Source: Escherichia coli (GTDB taxonomy: Bacteria > Pseudomonadota > Gammaproteobacteria > Enterobacterales > Enterobacteriaceae). From it: a stretch of DNA of 64,000 nucleotides. Every line of letters begins with the position of its first letter. Positions within the stretch are counted from its first letter, which is position 1. The notes beneath the pieces were generated by a model. That model did no database searches. It saw only the letters and a program-made list of their open reading frames with translations, and was not told the DNA's origin. A program made the position numbers and the translations under genes. Of this stretch, positions 36,615-47,148 are shown piece after piece. The DNA lies in NCBI RefSeq assembly GCF_013315695.1, contig NZ_CP054353.1. One strand, written 5' to 3'.

Positions 36615-37520
36615 ATGCGAGGAAAAATACCTAAAACGGAACTGCTGGTGACTTTTGAGGTCGTCGCACGTCATGAAAGTTATACCAGAGCGGCAGAGGA
36701 GTTAGCGTTAACCCAAAGTGCAGTATTCAGACAAGTAAGTGCGCTGGAGGAATTTTTACATACTCCGTTATTTTCACACTCTAAAAAACGCATTTTTCTT
36801 AATGATGCAGGGAAGTATTACCTGGGGATAGTAAAAGAAACATTAAATAAGCTGGAACGCGATACCAATACCATTATGACCTGGCAGCCTACGGTTCAGG
36901 TTATTGAACTTGCCGTTAATCCTACTTTTAGTACCCACTGGTTAATCCCAAATTTACATGAATTCACAAAGTTACATCCCGATATTATTGTTAATATTCA
37001 TTCTTTAGCTAATAACGGCGACTTTCTTAATCGGGAGTACGATGCTGTCATTATGCGCGAAAATTTTTGCGCGCCCTGGGCGGAAGTAGAGTATCTCTTT
37101 GAAGAGGAGATTTTGCCGGTATGCAGCGGCAGTTTGCTTGCAATGTCCGATCAAAAACTGTCAGTGGCAGAACTGCTTACTGAGTTACCACTTCTGCATC
37201 AAAGCACCCGTATTACTGGCTGGGAAGAGTGGTTTGCTTTATCTGGCGTTAGCAGTCCGCTGGTCAATAACGGACCACGTTTCGATTTGCTTTCAATGCT
37301 GATTGCCGCCGTGCGCTCTAATCTCGGCGTGGCGCTGTTACCACGGTTCGCTATTCAACATGATTTGGATAGTGGCGATATGGTGATTCCCTGTGATGTG
37401 CCTATTCGTACCGGTAATCGTTTTATTATGACGTGGCAGGAAGAGAAGTCTGACTCACCGCACTTGCAGCAATTTCGTGAATGGTTGCTGGCGAAATCGG
37501 TCGTACCGCAGGAGATGTAA
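36615..37520 (+). CDS. LysR-family transcriptional regulator
   Basis: Start chosen at MRGKIPKTELLVTFEVVARHESYTRAAEELALTQSAVFRQVSALEE (N-terminal HTH) followed by a substrate-binding domain; divergent from the RtcB-like ORF and convergent with the cobA-like gene. Confidence 0.8.
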   Translation: MRGKIPKTELLVTFEVVARHESYTRAAEELALTQSAVFRQVSALEEFLHTPLFSHSKKRIFLNDAGKYYLGIVKETLNKLERDTNTIMTWQPTVQVIELAVNPTFSTHWLIPNLHEFTKLHPDIIVNIHSLANNGDFLNREYDAVIMRENFCAPWAEVEYLFEEEILPVCSGSLLAMSDQKLSVAELLTELPLLHQSTRITGWEEWFALSGVSSPLVNNGPRFDLLSMLIAAVRSNLGVALLPRFAIQHDLDSGDMVIPCDVPIRTGNRFIMTWQEEKSDSPHLQQFREWLLAKSVVPQEM

Positions 37521-37553
37521 AACCTGCGCCTGGCGGGATGCCAGGCGCAGTTA

Positions 37554-38156
37554 TTACCAGTCGATACCCGGCTGGGCCTGAATGCCGTTATCAAAAGCAT
37601 GTTTGACGGGGCGGATTTCGCTTACCGTATCCGCCATTTTTAATATCTGACTGTGGCAACCGCGTCCGGTGACAATGACACTTTGTTGTGCCGGGCGGTT
37701 TTGCAGAGAAGCGATCACTTCTTCGGTGTCCAGATAATGGTAAGCCAGCATATAGGTCAGCTCATCAAGCACCACTAAGTCGTAACGCTTGTCAGCCAGC
37801 ATCCGTTTGCTTTCCGACCAGACCTCTTTCGCCGCGTCGATATCCGCTTGCCGGTTCTGTGTCTCCCAGGTAAAACCGGTTCCCATAATATGAAACTCAA
37901 CCCCCAGCGGCTGGAGAAGGTTGTATTCGCCGTTGTCCCATTGCCCCTTGATGTACTGCGCAACCCCCACCGTTTTGCCATGACCCACCGCGCGCGTCAC
38001 AGTACCAAACGCGGCAGTGGATTTCCCTTTGCCGTTGCCGGTGAAAACAATCAAGATCCCTTTTTTCTCTATCGCCGCCGCGACGCGCGTATCGACCTGT
38101 TCCTTCAATTTCTGCTGGCGCTGCACATGCCGTTCAGTTGAAATTCGCGCTTCCAT
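37554..38156 (-). CDS. Cob(I)alamin adenosyltransferase (BtuR/CobA family paralog)
   Basis: 200 aa; P-loop GNGKGKSTAA and overall strong similarity to BtuR as recalled (...VFTGNGKGK.TAAFG...RAVGHGK.VGV.Q.IKG.W.NGE...); probably supplies adenosylcobalamin for glutamate mutase. Confidence 0.85.
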   Translation of the reverse strand: MEARISTERHVQRQQKLKEQVDTRVAAAIEKKGILIVFTGNGKGKSTAAFGTVTRAVGHGKTVGVAQYIKGQWDNGEYNLLQPLGVEFHIMGTGFTWETQNRQADIDAAKEVWSESKRMLADKRYDLVVLDELTYMLAYHYLDTEEVIASLQNRPAQQSVIVTGRGCHSQILKMADTVSEIRPVKHAFDNGIQAQPGIDW

Positions 38157-38165
38157 TCATTTTCC

Positions 38166-39818
38166 TTAATGTCCCGCAGGGCAACTGGCGCAGCGGTGTT
38201 TCTGCTCAAACTGACTAAAGAAATTATTGCCTTTATCATCTACCAGGATGAATGCGGGTAAATTTTCCACTTCCATCATCCACACCGCTTCCATACCCAG
38301 CTCCGGGTATTCCAGGCAACGCAGACTTTTGACATATTCTTGCGCCAGTAACGCAGCTGCACCGCCAATACTTCCCAGATTGAAGCCGCCATGTTTGTGA
38401 CAGGCATCGGTGACCTGCTGGCTGCGGTTACCTTTCGATAACATCACCAGACTGCCGCCAGCCGCCTGGAAGGTATCGACATAACCGTCCATTCGACCGC
38501 CCGTGGTTGGACCCAGTGAACCGCAGGCCATGTTCTCCGGTGTTTTCGCCGGGCCAGCGTAATAGACAATATGATGCTTCAGGTAATCCGGCATCGGTTC
38601 GCCGCTATCCAGCCGCGCTTTTATTTTGGCGTGGGCGATATCGCGCGCCACTACGATGGGACCACTTAACGACACGCGGGTGCCTACCGGTAATCTGGCG
38701 AGATCCTGCATCACGTCACGCAACGGACGATTTAGATCCAGCTGTACATGTTGCGCGTGATTTTCTTCCCGCAGTGAGGCTGGAATATATTGCCCCGGAT
38801 TGTGTTCGAGTTTTTCCAGCCAGATACCGTGCTTGTTAATTTTTGCTTTGATATTGCGATCCGCAGAACAGGAGAGCGTCATAGCTATCGGGCAAGAGCC
38901 ACCGTGACGCGGCAGACGAATGACGCGAATATCATGAGCGAAATATTTACCCCCAAATTGCGCACCAATACCAAATTGCTGACTGGCCTCGAGCAATACT
39001 TTTTCCAGCTCAATATCACGGAATGCTTGTCCTTGCTCGTTTCCGCTGGTGGGCAAATTGTCGTAATATTTCGTTGAGGCCAGCTTGGCAACTTTTAAGG
39101 TTTGATCGGCTGAAAGCCCTCCGACGACAAAGGCGATGTGGTAAGGCGGGCAGGCAGCGGTGCCCAGCGATTTCATTTTTTCGATTAAAAATGCGGTCAG
39201 TTTTTCTGGTTGCAATAGGGATTGGGTTTCCTGATAAAGCGCGGCTTTATTGGCAGAGCCGCCCCCTTTATTAATACAGAGAAAATGGTACTCATCACCA
39301 GCGACGGCGCTGATATCAATCTGCGCCGGGAGATTGGTTTGCGTATTGACTTCGGTAAACATATCCAGTGGCGCATTTTGTGAAAAGCGCAGATTATTTT
39401 CCTGAAAAGTGGTGTAAATGCCTTTGCTTAAGGCTTCAGCGTCGTTACCTCCGGTCCATATCTGTTGCCCTTTACTGGCAACAATAGTTGCGGTGCCGGT
39501 ATCCTGACAGTTGGGTAATACCCCTTTTGCTGAGACTTCAGCATTACGTAATAACTGCAACGCAACGTATTTATCATTACTACTGGCGTGCGGATCGTTA
39601 AGAATGCTGGCGACCTGTTGCAAATGAGCGGAACGTAAGAAAAAAGAGGCTTCATAAAATGCCTGCCGGGCAAGCAGCGTTAATGCTTCAGGAGCGATTT
39701 TTATCACTTCTTCGCCGTCTAATTCCGTTACTGTAATATGTTGATCGCTAATTAATGTATATTCTGTACCGTCTTTATTTTGTAGAAACGGTTCTTGCCA
39801 GATAAATGGTTTGGACAT
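38166..39818 (-). CDS. fumD: Class I (Fe-S) fumarate hydratase paralog; mesaconase/fumarase
   Basis: 550 aa, collinear with FumA/FumB ([11 protein letters not shown]...[12 protein letters not shown]...[14 protein letters not shown]...[13 protein letters not shown]...). I recall a mesaconase named FumD from an E. coli O157:H7 glutamate-mutase cluster; symbol given on that basis. Confidence 0.88.
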   Translation of the reverse strand: MSKPFIWQEPFLQNKDGTEYTLISDQHITVTELDGEEVIKIAPEALTLLARQAFYEASFFLRSAHLQQVASILNDPHASSNDKYVALQLLRNAEVSAKGVLPNCQDTGTATIVASKGQQIWTGGNDAEALSKGIYTTFQENNLRFSQNAPLDMFTEVNTQTNLPAQIDISAVAGDEYHFLCINKGGGSANKAALYQETQSLLQPEKLTAFLIEKMKSLGTAACPPYHIAFVVGGLSADQTLKVAKLASTKYYDNLPTSGNEQGQAFRDIELEKVLLEASQQFGIGAQFGGKYFAHDIRVIRLPRHGGSCPIAMTLSCSADRNIKAKINKHGIWLEKLEHNPGQYIPASLREENHAQHVQLDLNRPLRDVMQDLARLPVGTRVSLSGPIVVARDIAHAKIKARLDSGEPMPDYLKHHIVYYAGPAKTPENMACGSLGPTTGGRMDGYVDTFQAAGGSLVMLSKGNRSQQVTDACHKHGGFNLGSIGGAAALLAQEYVKSLRCLEYPELGMEAVWMMEVENLPAFILVDDKGNNFFSQFEQKHRCASCPAGH

Positions 39819-39925
39819 ATTTCACTTTTCACCTTAAACGTTAGTTTTACTTAATTGCCGTCTAACTTCATGATCCGGCTTATAAAAATGCGTAGTCATT
39901 GGCTTCTGATTGCTTAAGATCCCCC

Positions 39926-41206
39926 TCAGGGCAGAGCAACGTTCGATTCATTGGGTTTTAATGCTTTACCCCGACAGCCCTCGCCGAAATGTTCGCCTTC
40001 CCACCGACTCACCATCGCAGCGCCCATTGCGTTGCTCATGACGTTTGTCGCGGAACGCCCCATATCAAGGAACGGATCAACGCCCATCAGCAAGATCAGC
40101 CCCGCTTCCGGAATATTGAACTGGTTGAGCGTGGCGGCGATAACCACCATTGAGGCGCGTGGTACGCCAGCCATTCCTTTCGAGGTCAACATCAGGATCA
40201 ACAGCATGGTGATTTGCTCACCGATGGATAAATGGATATTGCAGGCCTGGGCGATGAAAACTGTGGCGAAGGAGCAGTAGGCCATTGATCCAACGAGATT
40301 AAATGAGTAGCCAATGGGTAAGACAAAGCTGGCAATTTTGGGGGAAACGCCAAATTGCTCCAGTTTTTCAAGCGTTCCCGGAAAAGCCGCTTCAGAACTG
40401 GATGTGGTAAATGCCAGCAGGGCGGGTTCCGAAAGGGCACGGGTCAGGCGTCTGATGCAGGGGCCGACATAAACGATGGCCAGACCGATAAGCAGCACCC
40501 AAAGTAACAACATGGTGAAATAAAATTCACCCATAAAGATCCCGGCGCTCACCATAACTGCCAGTCCTCGTTCAGCAATCAATGCTGAAATAGCGGCGAA
40601 TACGGTCAGGGGAGCGAAGAGCATGACGTAGCCAGTGAGCTTTAACATGGCATGTGCCAGCGAATCTAAGGCGTGAACGATGGCGCTGCCTTTCTCACCA
40701 ATCGCCGTCAGGCTACAGCCGAGGAAAATTGAGAACACCACGATTTGCAAAATTTCATTGTGCGCCATGGCATCGACAATGCTGGTGGGGAAAGCATGCG
40801 AAATAAATACTTTTAGTGTAAAGGGTTCTGACGCGACCACTCCGGTGGTTTCGGCACCGTGTGCAACAAAATTAATTCCTGTGCCTGGCATGAAGAAATT
40901 TACCGTTATCAAGCCTAAGGCAATTGACAGCAATGAGGCGCAAATAAATAAAAAGAGTGTTTTAGAAAAAATACGACCAAGGGCTTTGGCATCTCCCATT
41001 TTAGCTATACCTACCACCAGGGTAGAGACCACTAACGGAGCGATAATCATTTTTATCAGTCGTAAGAAAATCGTCGTGAATATCGATATTTCTTGCGCAT
41101 AGAGTTTTGCGGTTTCCGGTGAAGCAGTGTTATTGAGCACTACGCCGATAATCATTCCAAGTACCAGCGCCAAAAGAATCATCGTGGTTAAACTTATTTT
41201 CTTCAT
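39926..41206 (-). CDS. Dicarboxylate/amino acid:cation symporter (DAACS; GltP/DctA-like)
   Basis: Start at MKKISLTTMILLALVLG (ATG 41206, GGAGG RBS); polytopic membrane protein with DAACS-type conserved segments; substrate (glutamate, mesaconate or citramalate) is not decidable from sequence. Confidence 0.85.
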   Translation of the reverse strand: MKKISLTTMILLALVLGMIIGVVLNNTASPETAKLYAQEISIFTTIFLRLIKMIIAPLVVSTLVVGIAKMGDAKALGRIFSKTLFLFICASLLSIALGLITVNFFMPGTGINFVAHGAETTGVVASEPFTLKVFISHAFPTSIVDAMAHNEILQIVVFSIFLGCSLTAIGEKGSAIVHALDSLAHAMLKLTGYVMLFAPLTVFAAISALIAERGLAVMVSAGIFMGEFYFTMLLLWVLLIGLAIVYVGPCIRRLTRALSEPALLAFTTSSSEAAFPGTLEKLEQFGVSPKIASFVLPIGYSFNLVGSMAYCSFATVFIAQACNIHLSIGEQITMLLILMLTSKGMAGVPRASMVVIAATLNQFNIPEAGLILLMGVDPFLDMGRSATNVMSNAMGAAMVSRWEGEHFGEGCRGKALKPNESNVALP

Positions 41207-41366
41207 TTTTTCCTCCATCAGGTGCACGGCGATAAATCAGAATCAGGAGAAGTAGATGCCTGAATAGAGATTCAGGCATCTACCTGCTATTACAACCTTA
41301 CAAATAGCTGAAGTGTTGAACTGCAATAAGTGACGGGATGTCAGTTGGCTAAAAGTATTCGGATTT

Positions 41367-41684
41367 TTACAAATCGAAACTCATATTTAATAAAGGTGCA
41401 TGTTGCTGTGCACCATAGACATCATTGTCACCTACATTCCCGGAGATAATATCTCGTGGCATGACGATTTTTACTGCGTTAGAAGGATCAAACCAGACAA
41501 TACGGTGAATAAAGTCAGGTTCAACATGATATAAGCGCGCAATCAGTTCTGGGGTTAATTGCCCTGATGATTTAACTCGCTCATAGTTTTCTTTCGTTTT
41601 AAATAAAATATCTAAAACCAGTTCGTAAGGTCCGGCATTTTTCGAACGAATGACTTGCGCCAGTGAGACAATTGACTGTTTCAT
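41367..41684 (-). CDS. Small conserved protein, DUF4387-like partner of the AtuA-like protein
   Basis: 105 aa; start overlaps the stop of the upstream DUF1446 ORF by 4 nt (translational coupling); family assignment from memory. Confidence 0.55.
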   Translation of the reverse strand: MKQSIVSLAQVIRSKNAGPYELVLDILFKTKENYERVKSSGQLTPELIARLYHVEPDFIHRIVWFDPSNAVKIVMPRDIISGNVGDNDVYGAQQHAPLLNMSFDL

Positions 41685-43051
41685 GCCTGAACTCCTTCTG
41701 GCGTCACCTGTTCAATATGGAAATCAAAACGCAGAGCGTCGTTGGCTTCAATCAGGTGATATATGGAAAATTCGTATACCGGCCCGCCCTGGATATCAGA
41801 AGGGGAGAACGGGAACGCCAGATTGCCTGCGGTAGCGATGCGGTTTTCATAGCCGTAGTGCAGCATGGTAGAGCGCACCAGCGAGCAAACGCTATTGGCA
41901 ATTTCCTGGGTCGGTGCAACTACATCAAGGACAATCCCCAGCTCATGCCCGGCAGTTTGCATCGGTTCATGGTCGCCCATCACCCCGTTTTTGCCGTACA
42001 GGTGGAAATTGATGCGAATGCTGTCATCGTCGAGCGACAGGTTACGCCAAACGCTGGTTTTGACTTCATCGATGATTTTATCGATCCCGGCGATCATGAT
42101 CGGGTCGCGCGTTCCTGCGATGGTCAGACAGCGGAAGCCCACCCGTCGCGCACCTTCCAGTTTCAGGGCATACGGCGTTTCTTCATGCTTAGAACCGCTG
42201 ACGTACACTTCGCCGTCATTGACCGCTTTAAATGTGCAGCCTTTCAGGTTCAACACGCCGCCAGGTCCAGGCAGGAAGTAGGGATCGGATTTCTCATACA
42301 GTGTGTGTGCAGCCGCTGACGTTTCGGTAAATTTACGCTTCGGATTAAATGTCTTCAGCGTAAAGCCGTTGTCATCAATGATGCCCATCGCACAGTCAGA
42401 GCCTGAGCCGGGCGTTGCGGCGATTGCCGCGCATTCAAGGATTTTCCCACAATGCAGCGCCAGACCTTCATCAAAGCCTTGCATGATCGGGAGCGCAGCA
42501 AAGCAGGCCGGGTCGTAAGCGCGCCCGCCCAGCACCACTTGCGCGCCTTCTTTCAGCGCCCGCTGGAAGGGTTCGATGCCCATTTGCGCGACGATATACG
42601 TACTTTCGTCAATCGCGTCGTGGGTTAACGGCGGGACAAAATCCAGCGCCGTGATTTTGCCGTTATCCAGCGCCTGGTGGACGATGGCTTTGTCAACGTC
42701 TGCCGGGATCAACGCCATCGAGAACGAGAGGTGCTCTTCCTGGGCAATCTCATGAATTATTTCTCGGCACCACTCCAGGTGTGGTGCGGCACCAGAACCG
42801 CCAGCTGTTCCGATCACCACCGGTATATTATTTTGCACGCCTGCGGTGATCATATAGCGCAGATCGCGCTTGACCCCTGCGCGATCGGTAAACGGTTTGC
42901 CTGCCCCGAGGTAGTGGGGGCCTGGATCGGAAGAGCCTGCATCAACGGCGATCAGATCGGGCGATTCTGCCATCGCTTTGCGGAAGCTCTCTTCCGGGAA
43001 TCCATACCCGAGGATTGCCGTTGGCGATAAGACTTTAAAAGAACGAGCCAT
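41681..43051 (-). CDS. AtuA-like protein (DUF1446 family), function unknown
   Basis: 456 aa; N-terminal G-Y-G-F...D-A-G-S region resembling the DUF1446 signature; starts 3 nt after the methylaspartase stop. Confidence 0.65.
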   Translation of the reverse strand: MARSFKVLSPTAILGYGFPEESFRKAMAESPDLIAVDAGSSDPGPHYLGAGKPFTDRAGVKRDLRYMITAGVQNNIPVVIGTAGGSGAAPHLEWCREIIHEIAQEEHLSFSMALIPADVDKAIVHQALDNGKITALDFVPPLTHDAIDESTYIVAQMGIEPFQRALKEGAQVVLGGRAYDPACFAALPIMQGFDEGLALHCGKILECAAIAATPGSGSDCAMGIIDDNGFTLKTFNPKRKFTETSAAAHTLYEKSDPYFLPGPGGVLNLKGCTFKAVNDGEVYVSGSKHEETPYALKLEGARRVGFRCLTIAGTRDPIMIAGIDKIIDEVKTSVWRNLSLDDDSIRINFHLYGKNGVMGDHEPMQTAGHELGIVLDVVAPTQEIANSVCSLVRSTMLHYGYENRIATAGNLAFPFSPSDIQGGPVYEFSIYHLIEANDALRFDFHIEQVTPEGVQA

Positions 43052-43054
43052 TTG

Positions 43055-44296
43055 TTAATCCTTAGCCTGCAACAGCGCGATAGTACGATTCATTTCGTTG
43101 AAGACGATATCGAGGCCTTCGTCAAAGCCCATCCCTGGCTTTACCAGCATACGCATAGGGCGAGCGGCAAGGGCGACGTGGACACAGGTGCGGGCACTGA
43201 CATCAGTTTCATTGCAGGTGCCGCCCTGGTACGCTTCCATGCTGTGGCTGTTGCAGTAAAGAACCGCATCGACGATGTTGTGAATACTGCCCAGATCCGG
43301 GGTTTTGATTTGCACCATGTGACAACTGGCGGCATCAGTGAAATCAACAATATCCTGGTAGGTGTTACACCATTCATCGGCCACAATTTTCACGCCGGAA
43401 CCGAGGCGCGTCAGCTCTTTGGTAATCGCGGTCAGCAGGCGAATTTGATCGGGCTTGTTACCGGCATCGACCGGCCCTTCAATGTAGAGCGGCAGGCCTT
43501 GCGCTTCTTTTTCCAGGCTGGCGATGTATTGCGCACAGCGAAGCGGATCCATATCGAAGATCAGGCCGATAGTGCCGTATACATCGATGTGCAGGGTTGG
43601 GTGGTAGCGTGCGCTGGTGCGCTTGCTCAGAATACGATCCGACAGCCAGCGGACATATTCGCGCAGTTTTTCACCTTTAAAGCCCAGTTTCTCTTCGACG
43701 TTATTAATCAGTGCATGGGGCAGCACGTCGATGCCCTTAAGGATCATCTTATCGACGGCGATATATCGATCGTCCCCGCTCTGACCAAATAATGGAATGG
43801 ATTCCGCCACGCGTGGCAACTGCCATTCATCACAGACCACTTCAGTTTTCAGACGGCCGGTTGCCAGCGCGGTAGCATCAAGCAGCGCCTGTGATAATCC
43901 GTAGCGCACGGCGGTATGCAGCAAGTTGCCGTCAATACGCAATTTGTCGAAGAAACGGGCATTCGGCAGGAAAGCATCCACATCGCGGCCTATCAGTAAT
44001 GGCTTGATATGGTCGTTGAGGAACGGAATAAAGTGCTCAGCGAGGAACAGTGGATCGCGACCACCTGCCCCGGAATACTGTACGGCAGCACAGTCACCTA
44101 CGGCGACCGCGCCGTTTTCCAGAATCAACTGTACCGATACGCACTCCCCGGCCTGACGAACGGCGTTAAACCCCTGTGTTACCGGCTCCCCGGTATAAAA
44201 AAAGCCGTCATGACCCGCTCCGTTTTTTATCGCCTGCTGGTCATCGAAATAGAATGAGGAGTAGCCAGCAGTGAACAGAGCCTGTTTTATTTTCAT
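43055..44296 (-). CDS. 3-methylaspartate ammonia-lyase (beta-methylaspartase)
   Basis: 413 aa; very close to clostridial MAL as recalled: ...YFDDQ.AIK.GAGHDGF.YTG...AVQYSGAGGRDPLFLA...QSGDDRY..VDKMI.K..DVLPHALINNVEEKLG.KGEKL...HMVQIKTPDLG...GGTCNET. Confidence 0.92.
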   Translation of the reverse strand: MKIKQALFTAGYSSFYFDDQQAIKNGAGHDGFFYTGEPVTQGFNAVRQAGECVSVQLILENGAVAVGDCAAVQYSGAGGRDPLFLAEHFIPFLNDHIKPLLIGRDVDAFLPNARFFDKLRIDGNLLHTAVRYGLSQALLDATALATGRLKTEVVCDEWQLPRVAESIPLFGQSGDDRYIAVDKMILKGIDVLPHALINNVEEKLGFKGEKLREYVRWLSDRILSKRTSARYHPTLHIDVYGTIGLIFDMDPLRCAQYIASLEKEAQGLPLYIEGPVDAGNKPDQIRLLTAITKELTRLGSGVKIVADEWCNTYQDIVDFTDAASCHMVQIKTPDLGSIHNIVDAVLYCNSHSMEAYQGGTCNETDVSARTCVHVALAARPMRMLVKPGMGFDEGLDIVFNEMNRTIALLQAKD

Positions 44297-45741
44297 TATG
44301 GTCTTCCTATTAATTTACTGTGGGATACAGCATTGATGTCATCTACAACCATCTGGAATGTCGGTTGGCGTCCTTCAAAGCGTGCGCGTTCCGCAACGTA
44401 ATCGTGGTGGAGGTCGAGAATATCTTTTGGCAATGGAACGGCTCCGGCTTCCAGTACGCGTATCGCGCCGGTGTTGTCACGGACCGGAAGAATTTTGCCC
44501 GCGTTGCAGGCGGCTGGCGCAAACGGCACATCCAGTACGCCCGCTTCAAATGCCAGCACCGTACCGCGCGCAATATCACCATTACCCAGTTCGAACACTT
44601 TATTCAGTACCGCGTGAACCTCGCTCTTAATCAGTTCAATTTCCAGTTCAACCGCAGGGCACGGCGGGAATTTCTGCTCGTTGACCATGTTGAGCATCTG
44701 GCGGGAGGCTTTCAGCCCCTGAATGTTGGCAGCGGCAGTCGGGATGCCCCAGGCTTCGTGCGGACTTTTGGTGATGACTTTGGTGGCACCAGACATCCCC
44801 GCGACGGCTGCGCCCCAGGAGATAATAGCGAACGCTTTCGATTCGTCTTCCGGAAAGCCGCCCATCCACTGGTGAAACACGGTACTTAATTCATAGTCGG
44901 TATAGCCATAGCTCTGAAAATATTCGTGTGCAAGTTCACGCAGAGACTGGATCGCCGCAACATCCTGCGTCAGGCTGCCGACCTGTCCATAACCAACGGT
45001 GATAGATTTCACACCCTGTTCCAGCGCCAGTAATCCTTCGATTATCGCGATAGAGTGCGAGATAAACGGCGGGATCAGGGTACCCGTTAGTGGGCCAAAC
45101 GGTTCGCGGTTGATGCGGATCCCGTGTTCTTCATACATCCCCATTAAACGGTCGCAGTACTGCCAGTCGCGGATCGATTTTTCCAGCGTTACGCGCTTGG
45201 CATACGGAATGTTGTAGGAAATGCCGCCGCCTTCATAACTGGTAAAGCCGCTGGCCATCGAGATTTCAGCCAGCAGACGCGCATCTGGCGTGCCGTGGCG
45301 GATCTGTAGCGGTTTTTGCAAAGTTTCGGTGAGGCGACGGCAAGCTGCGACGCCGTGGTTAACGACCGGTAAACCGTTCAGTTTAGAGGTTCCGGCTTCG
45401 ATGGATTTTTTAATCCCTACAGCCGCTTCTTCGTACCGATTCAGACGGGTATATGCGTCGATGGTGCTCGGCAGCAGATCGCATTCTTCTTGTAGTGTTT
45501 TCAGTAGTTCGATGTGTTCGTCCATCAGCGCCACGCCTGCGCGCGGTTGGCTAAGAGTTTTACCTTCCTTGTCTGCTTTCAGCAGGGCAAGAGAGAAGCG
45601 TTTATGCTCAGGAATGGTTTGTTGGTATTTAACGCCATCTTCAAAGTTTTCAACATCCTTGCCGGTTTCCCAGGTTTTCAGTACCTGTTGCCGCTCGGTC
45701 ATGAATTCGTCATGGGTTAATTTCTTATTTCGAAGTTCCAT
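44296..45741 (-). CDS. Glutamate mutase epsilon (E, catalytic) subunit
   Basis: 481 aa; collinear with clostridial GlmE/MutE (MELRNKK...QPRAGVAL.DEHIELL...LPSTIDAYTR.NRYE...GTPD.RLLAEI...EGGGISYN.PYAK...FQMV.DDI.AV). Confidence 0.92.
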   Translation of the reverse strand: MELRNKKLTHDEFMTERQQVLKTWETGKDVENFEDGVKYQQTIPEHKRFSLALLKADKEGKTLSQPRAGVALMDEHIELLKTLQEECDLLPSTIDAYTRLNRYEEAAVGIKKSIEAGTSKLNGLPVVNHGVAACRRLTETLQKPLQIRHGTPDARLLAEISMASGFTSYEGGGISYNIPYAKRVTLEKSIRDWQYCDRLMGMYEEHGIRINREPFGPLTGTLIPPFISHSIAIIEGLLALEQGVKSITVGYGQVGSLTQDVAAIQSLRELAHEYFQSYGYTDYELSTVFHQWMGGFPEDESKAFAIISWGAAVAGMSGATKVITKSPHEAWGIPTAAANIQGLKASRQMLNMVNEQKFPPCPAVELEIELIKSEVHAVLNKVFELGNGDIARGTVLAFEAGVLDVPFAPAACNAGKILPVRDNTGAIRVLEAGAVPLPKDILDLHHDYVAERARFEGRQPTFQMVVDDINAVSHSKLIGRP

Positions 45742-45759
45742 TGATTGCAGCCTTAATTG

Positions 45760-47148
45760 TTATAGGGTTAAGCATTGAATACTGGTGCGCGCGGCGGCCA
45801 GCGGATCGACTCTGGCGACGTTTGCCAGCAGTGGTAATAGCCCCCGGGAATCGCGGTAATATTCAAATTCGGTCGGTAAGAGAATGCGTTTACCGTCGTC
45901 GTTTAACTCGCGGTATTTCAACCAGTGATGCATATCGAACTGACTGGCACGCGAGAGCCATCCGCCGGATCCGACGACTTTACGCACGGTTGTCAGGTCA
46001 CGTCCCATCTGTAAATCGACATTGCCGACGCAGGTGCAGACCTCTTTTTTGGTGCCCGCATGTCTTTCGGTGGCATAACCCACACACAGTCCGGCCAGGA
46101 CTGTATCGAAATATTTTTCTTCTGCATTCGCGGGTAAGTAGTCGGGATGAGCGACTAGATGACGGAGGTAATGATAAAAAGCGTCCAGCTGTGCGGGTTG
46201 CTGAGCAAAATTCACATTGACTAACTCTTTCGCACTTTCACCAACCACCATTGCCGAGACGCGCATTCCCAGATCGCCTTCCACCGTCCGTTTCACGAAG
46301 GGTTCCGGTACGCCGTGTAAAACGGTGTCGGGCGAGAGCGTGTTGGCACAGGCGGAATAGACATCGGTGGTTGCGCCACCCATGTCGATCAGTATGAACT
46401 CTTTCCAGCTGTGATCGACATTACTGATTGCCTTAACCAGTTCAAAGACTGTCCACGGTGTCGGCATTGGTTCTTCGCCTGTTTTATCAACAACGACATC
46501 CAGCCCTTTCCCTTTAACGATGCGTTTAAGGAATATGTCGCAGATAGCCTGGCGTGCAGCTAAAGGGTTCGGATGGTCAAGATCGGGCAGAACGTTGTCG
46601 ACGATGGTCAGGTCTTTATGCCCTAGGATCTCCTGCACCTCGTCCTGAATATCCCGGTTTCCGGCATAAATAATGGCGCAGTCGAGTTTGGATTCTGCCA
46701 GCACACGGGCGTTATTCAGGCCGTAGCTTTCTTCTCCGCCGTCGGTGCCGCCGGTGAACAAGAGAATATCGGGCTGCGTTTCTTCCAGTGCCTGGATATC
46801 ACGGCGGTTCAGCTTGTAGGAGTAATATTGCGCAATTTTAGCCCCCGCAGAGTGAGCGGTTACTTTCGCGGTTTCCAGGGTGATAGAAGGCACCAATCCC
46901 ATTGCGGCAACCGCCAGCCCACCTTTGGCAGAGGAGGAATACTTCAATGCAACCTCACCGTTGTTAAACAGGGGGAGGGTATTATCTACGTTTAACACCA
47001 GGTTCAGGCTGGAGAAAAACCCCTTCGCCAGATGATGGGTGGTGGTTGGGGTCAGTACGTGGTTAACCAACGTTAACGCGTCCCCCTCCCGGGCGAAGAG
47101 GGCTGCTTTGGTCCACGTCGATCCAATATCGACAGAGACGATTTGCAT
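45760..47148 (-). CDS. Glutamate mutase-associated protein L (GlmL/MutL-type putative chaperone or reactivase)
   Basis: 462 aa; N-terminal [18 protein letters not shown] (ASKHA/actin-like ATPase start); sits between the S and E subunit genes as in clostridial mutS-mutL-mutE. Confidence 0.8.
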   Translation of the reverse strand: MQIVSVDIGSTWTKAALFAREGDALTLVNHVLTPTTTHHLAKGFFSSLNLVLNVDNTLPLFNNGEVALKYSSSAKGGLAVAAMGLVPSITLETAKVTAHSAGAKIAQYYSYKLNRRDIQALEETQPDILLFTGGTDGGEESYGLNNARVLAESKLDCAIIYAGNRDIQDEVQEILGHKDLTIVDNVLPDLDHPNPLAARQAICDIFLKRIVKGKGLDVVVDKTGEEPMPTPWTVFELVKAISNVDHSWKEFILIDMGGATTDVYSACANTLSPDTVLHGVPEPFVKRTVEGDLGMRVSAMVVGESAKELVNVNFAQQPAQLDAFYHYLRHLVAHPDYLPANAEEKYFDTVLAGLCVGYATERHAGTKKEVCTCVGNVDLQMGRDLTTVRKVVGSGGWLSRASQFDMHHWLKYRELNDDGKRILLPTEFEYYRDSRGLLPLLANVARVDPLAAARTSIQCLTL

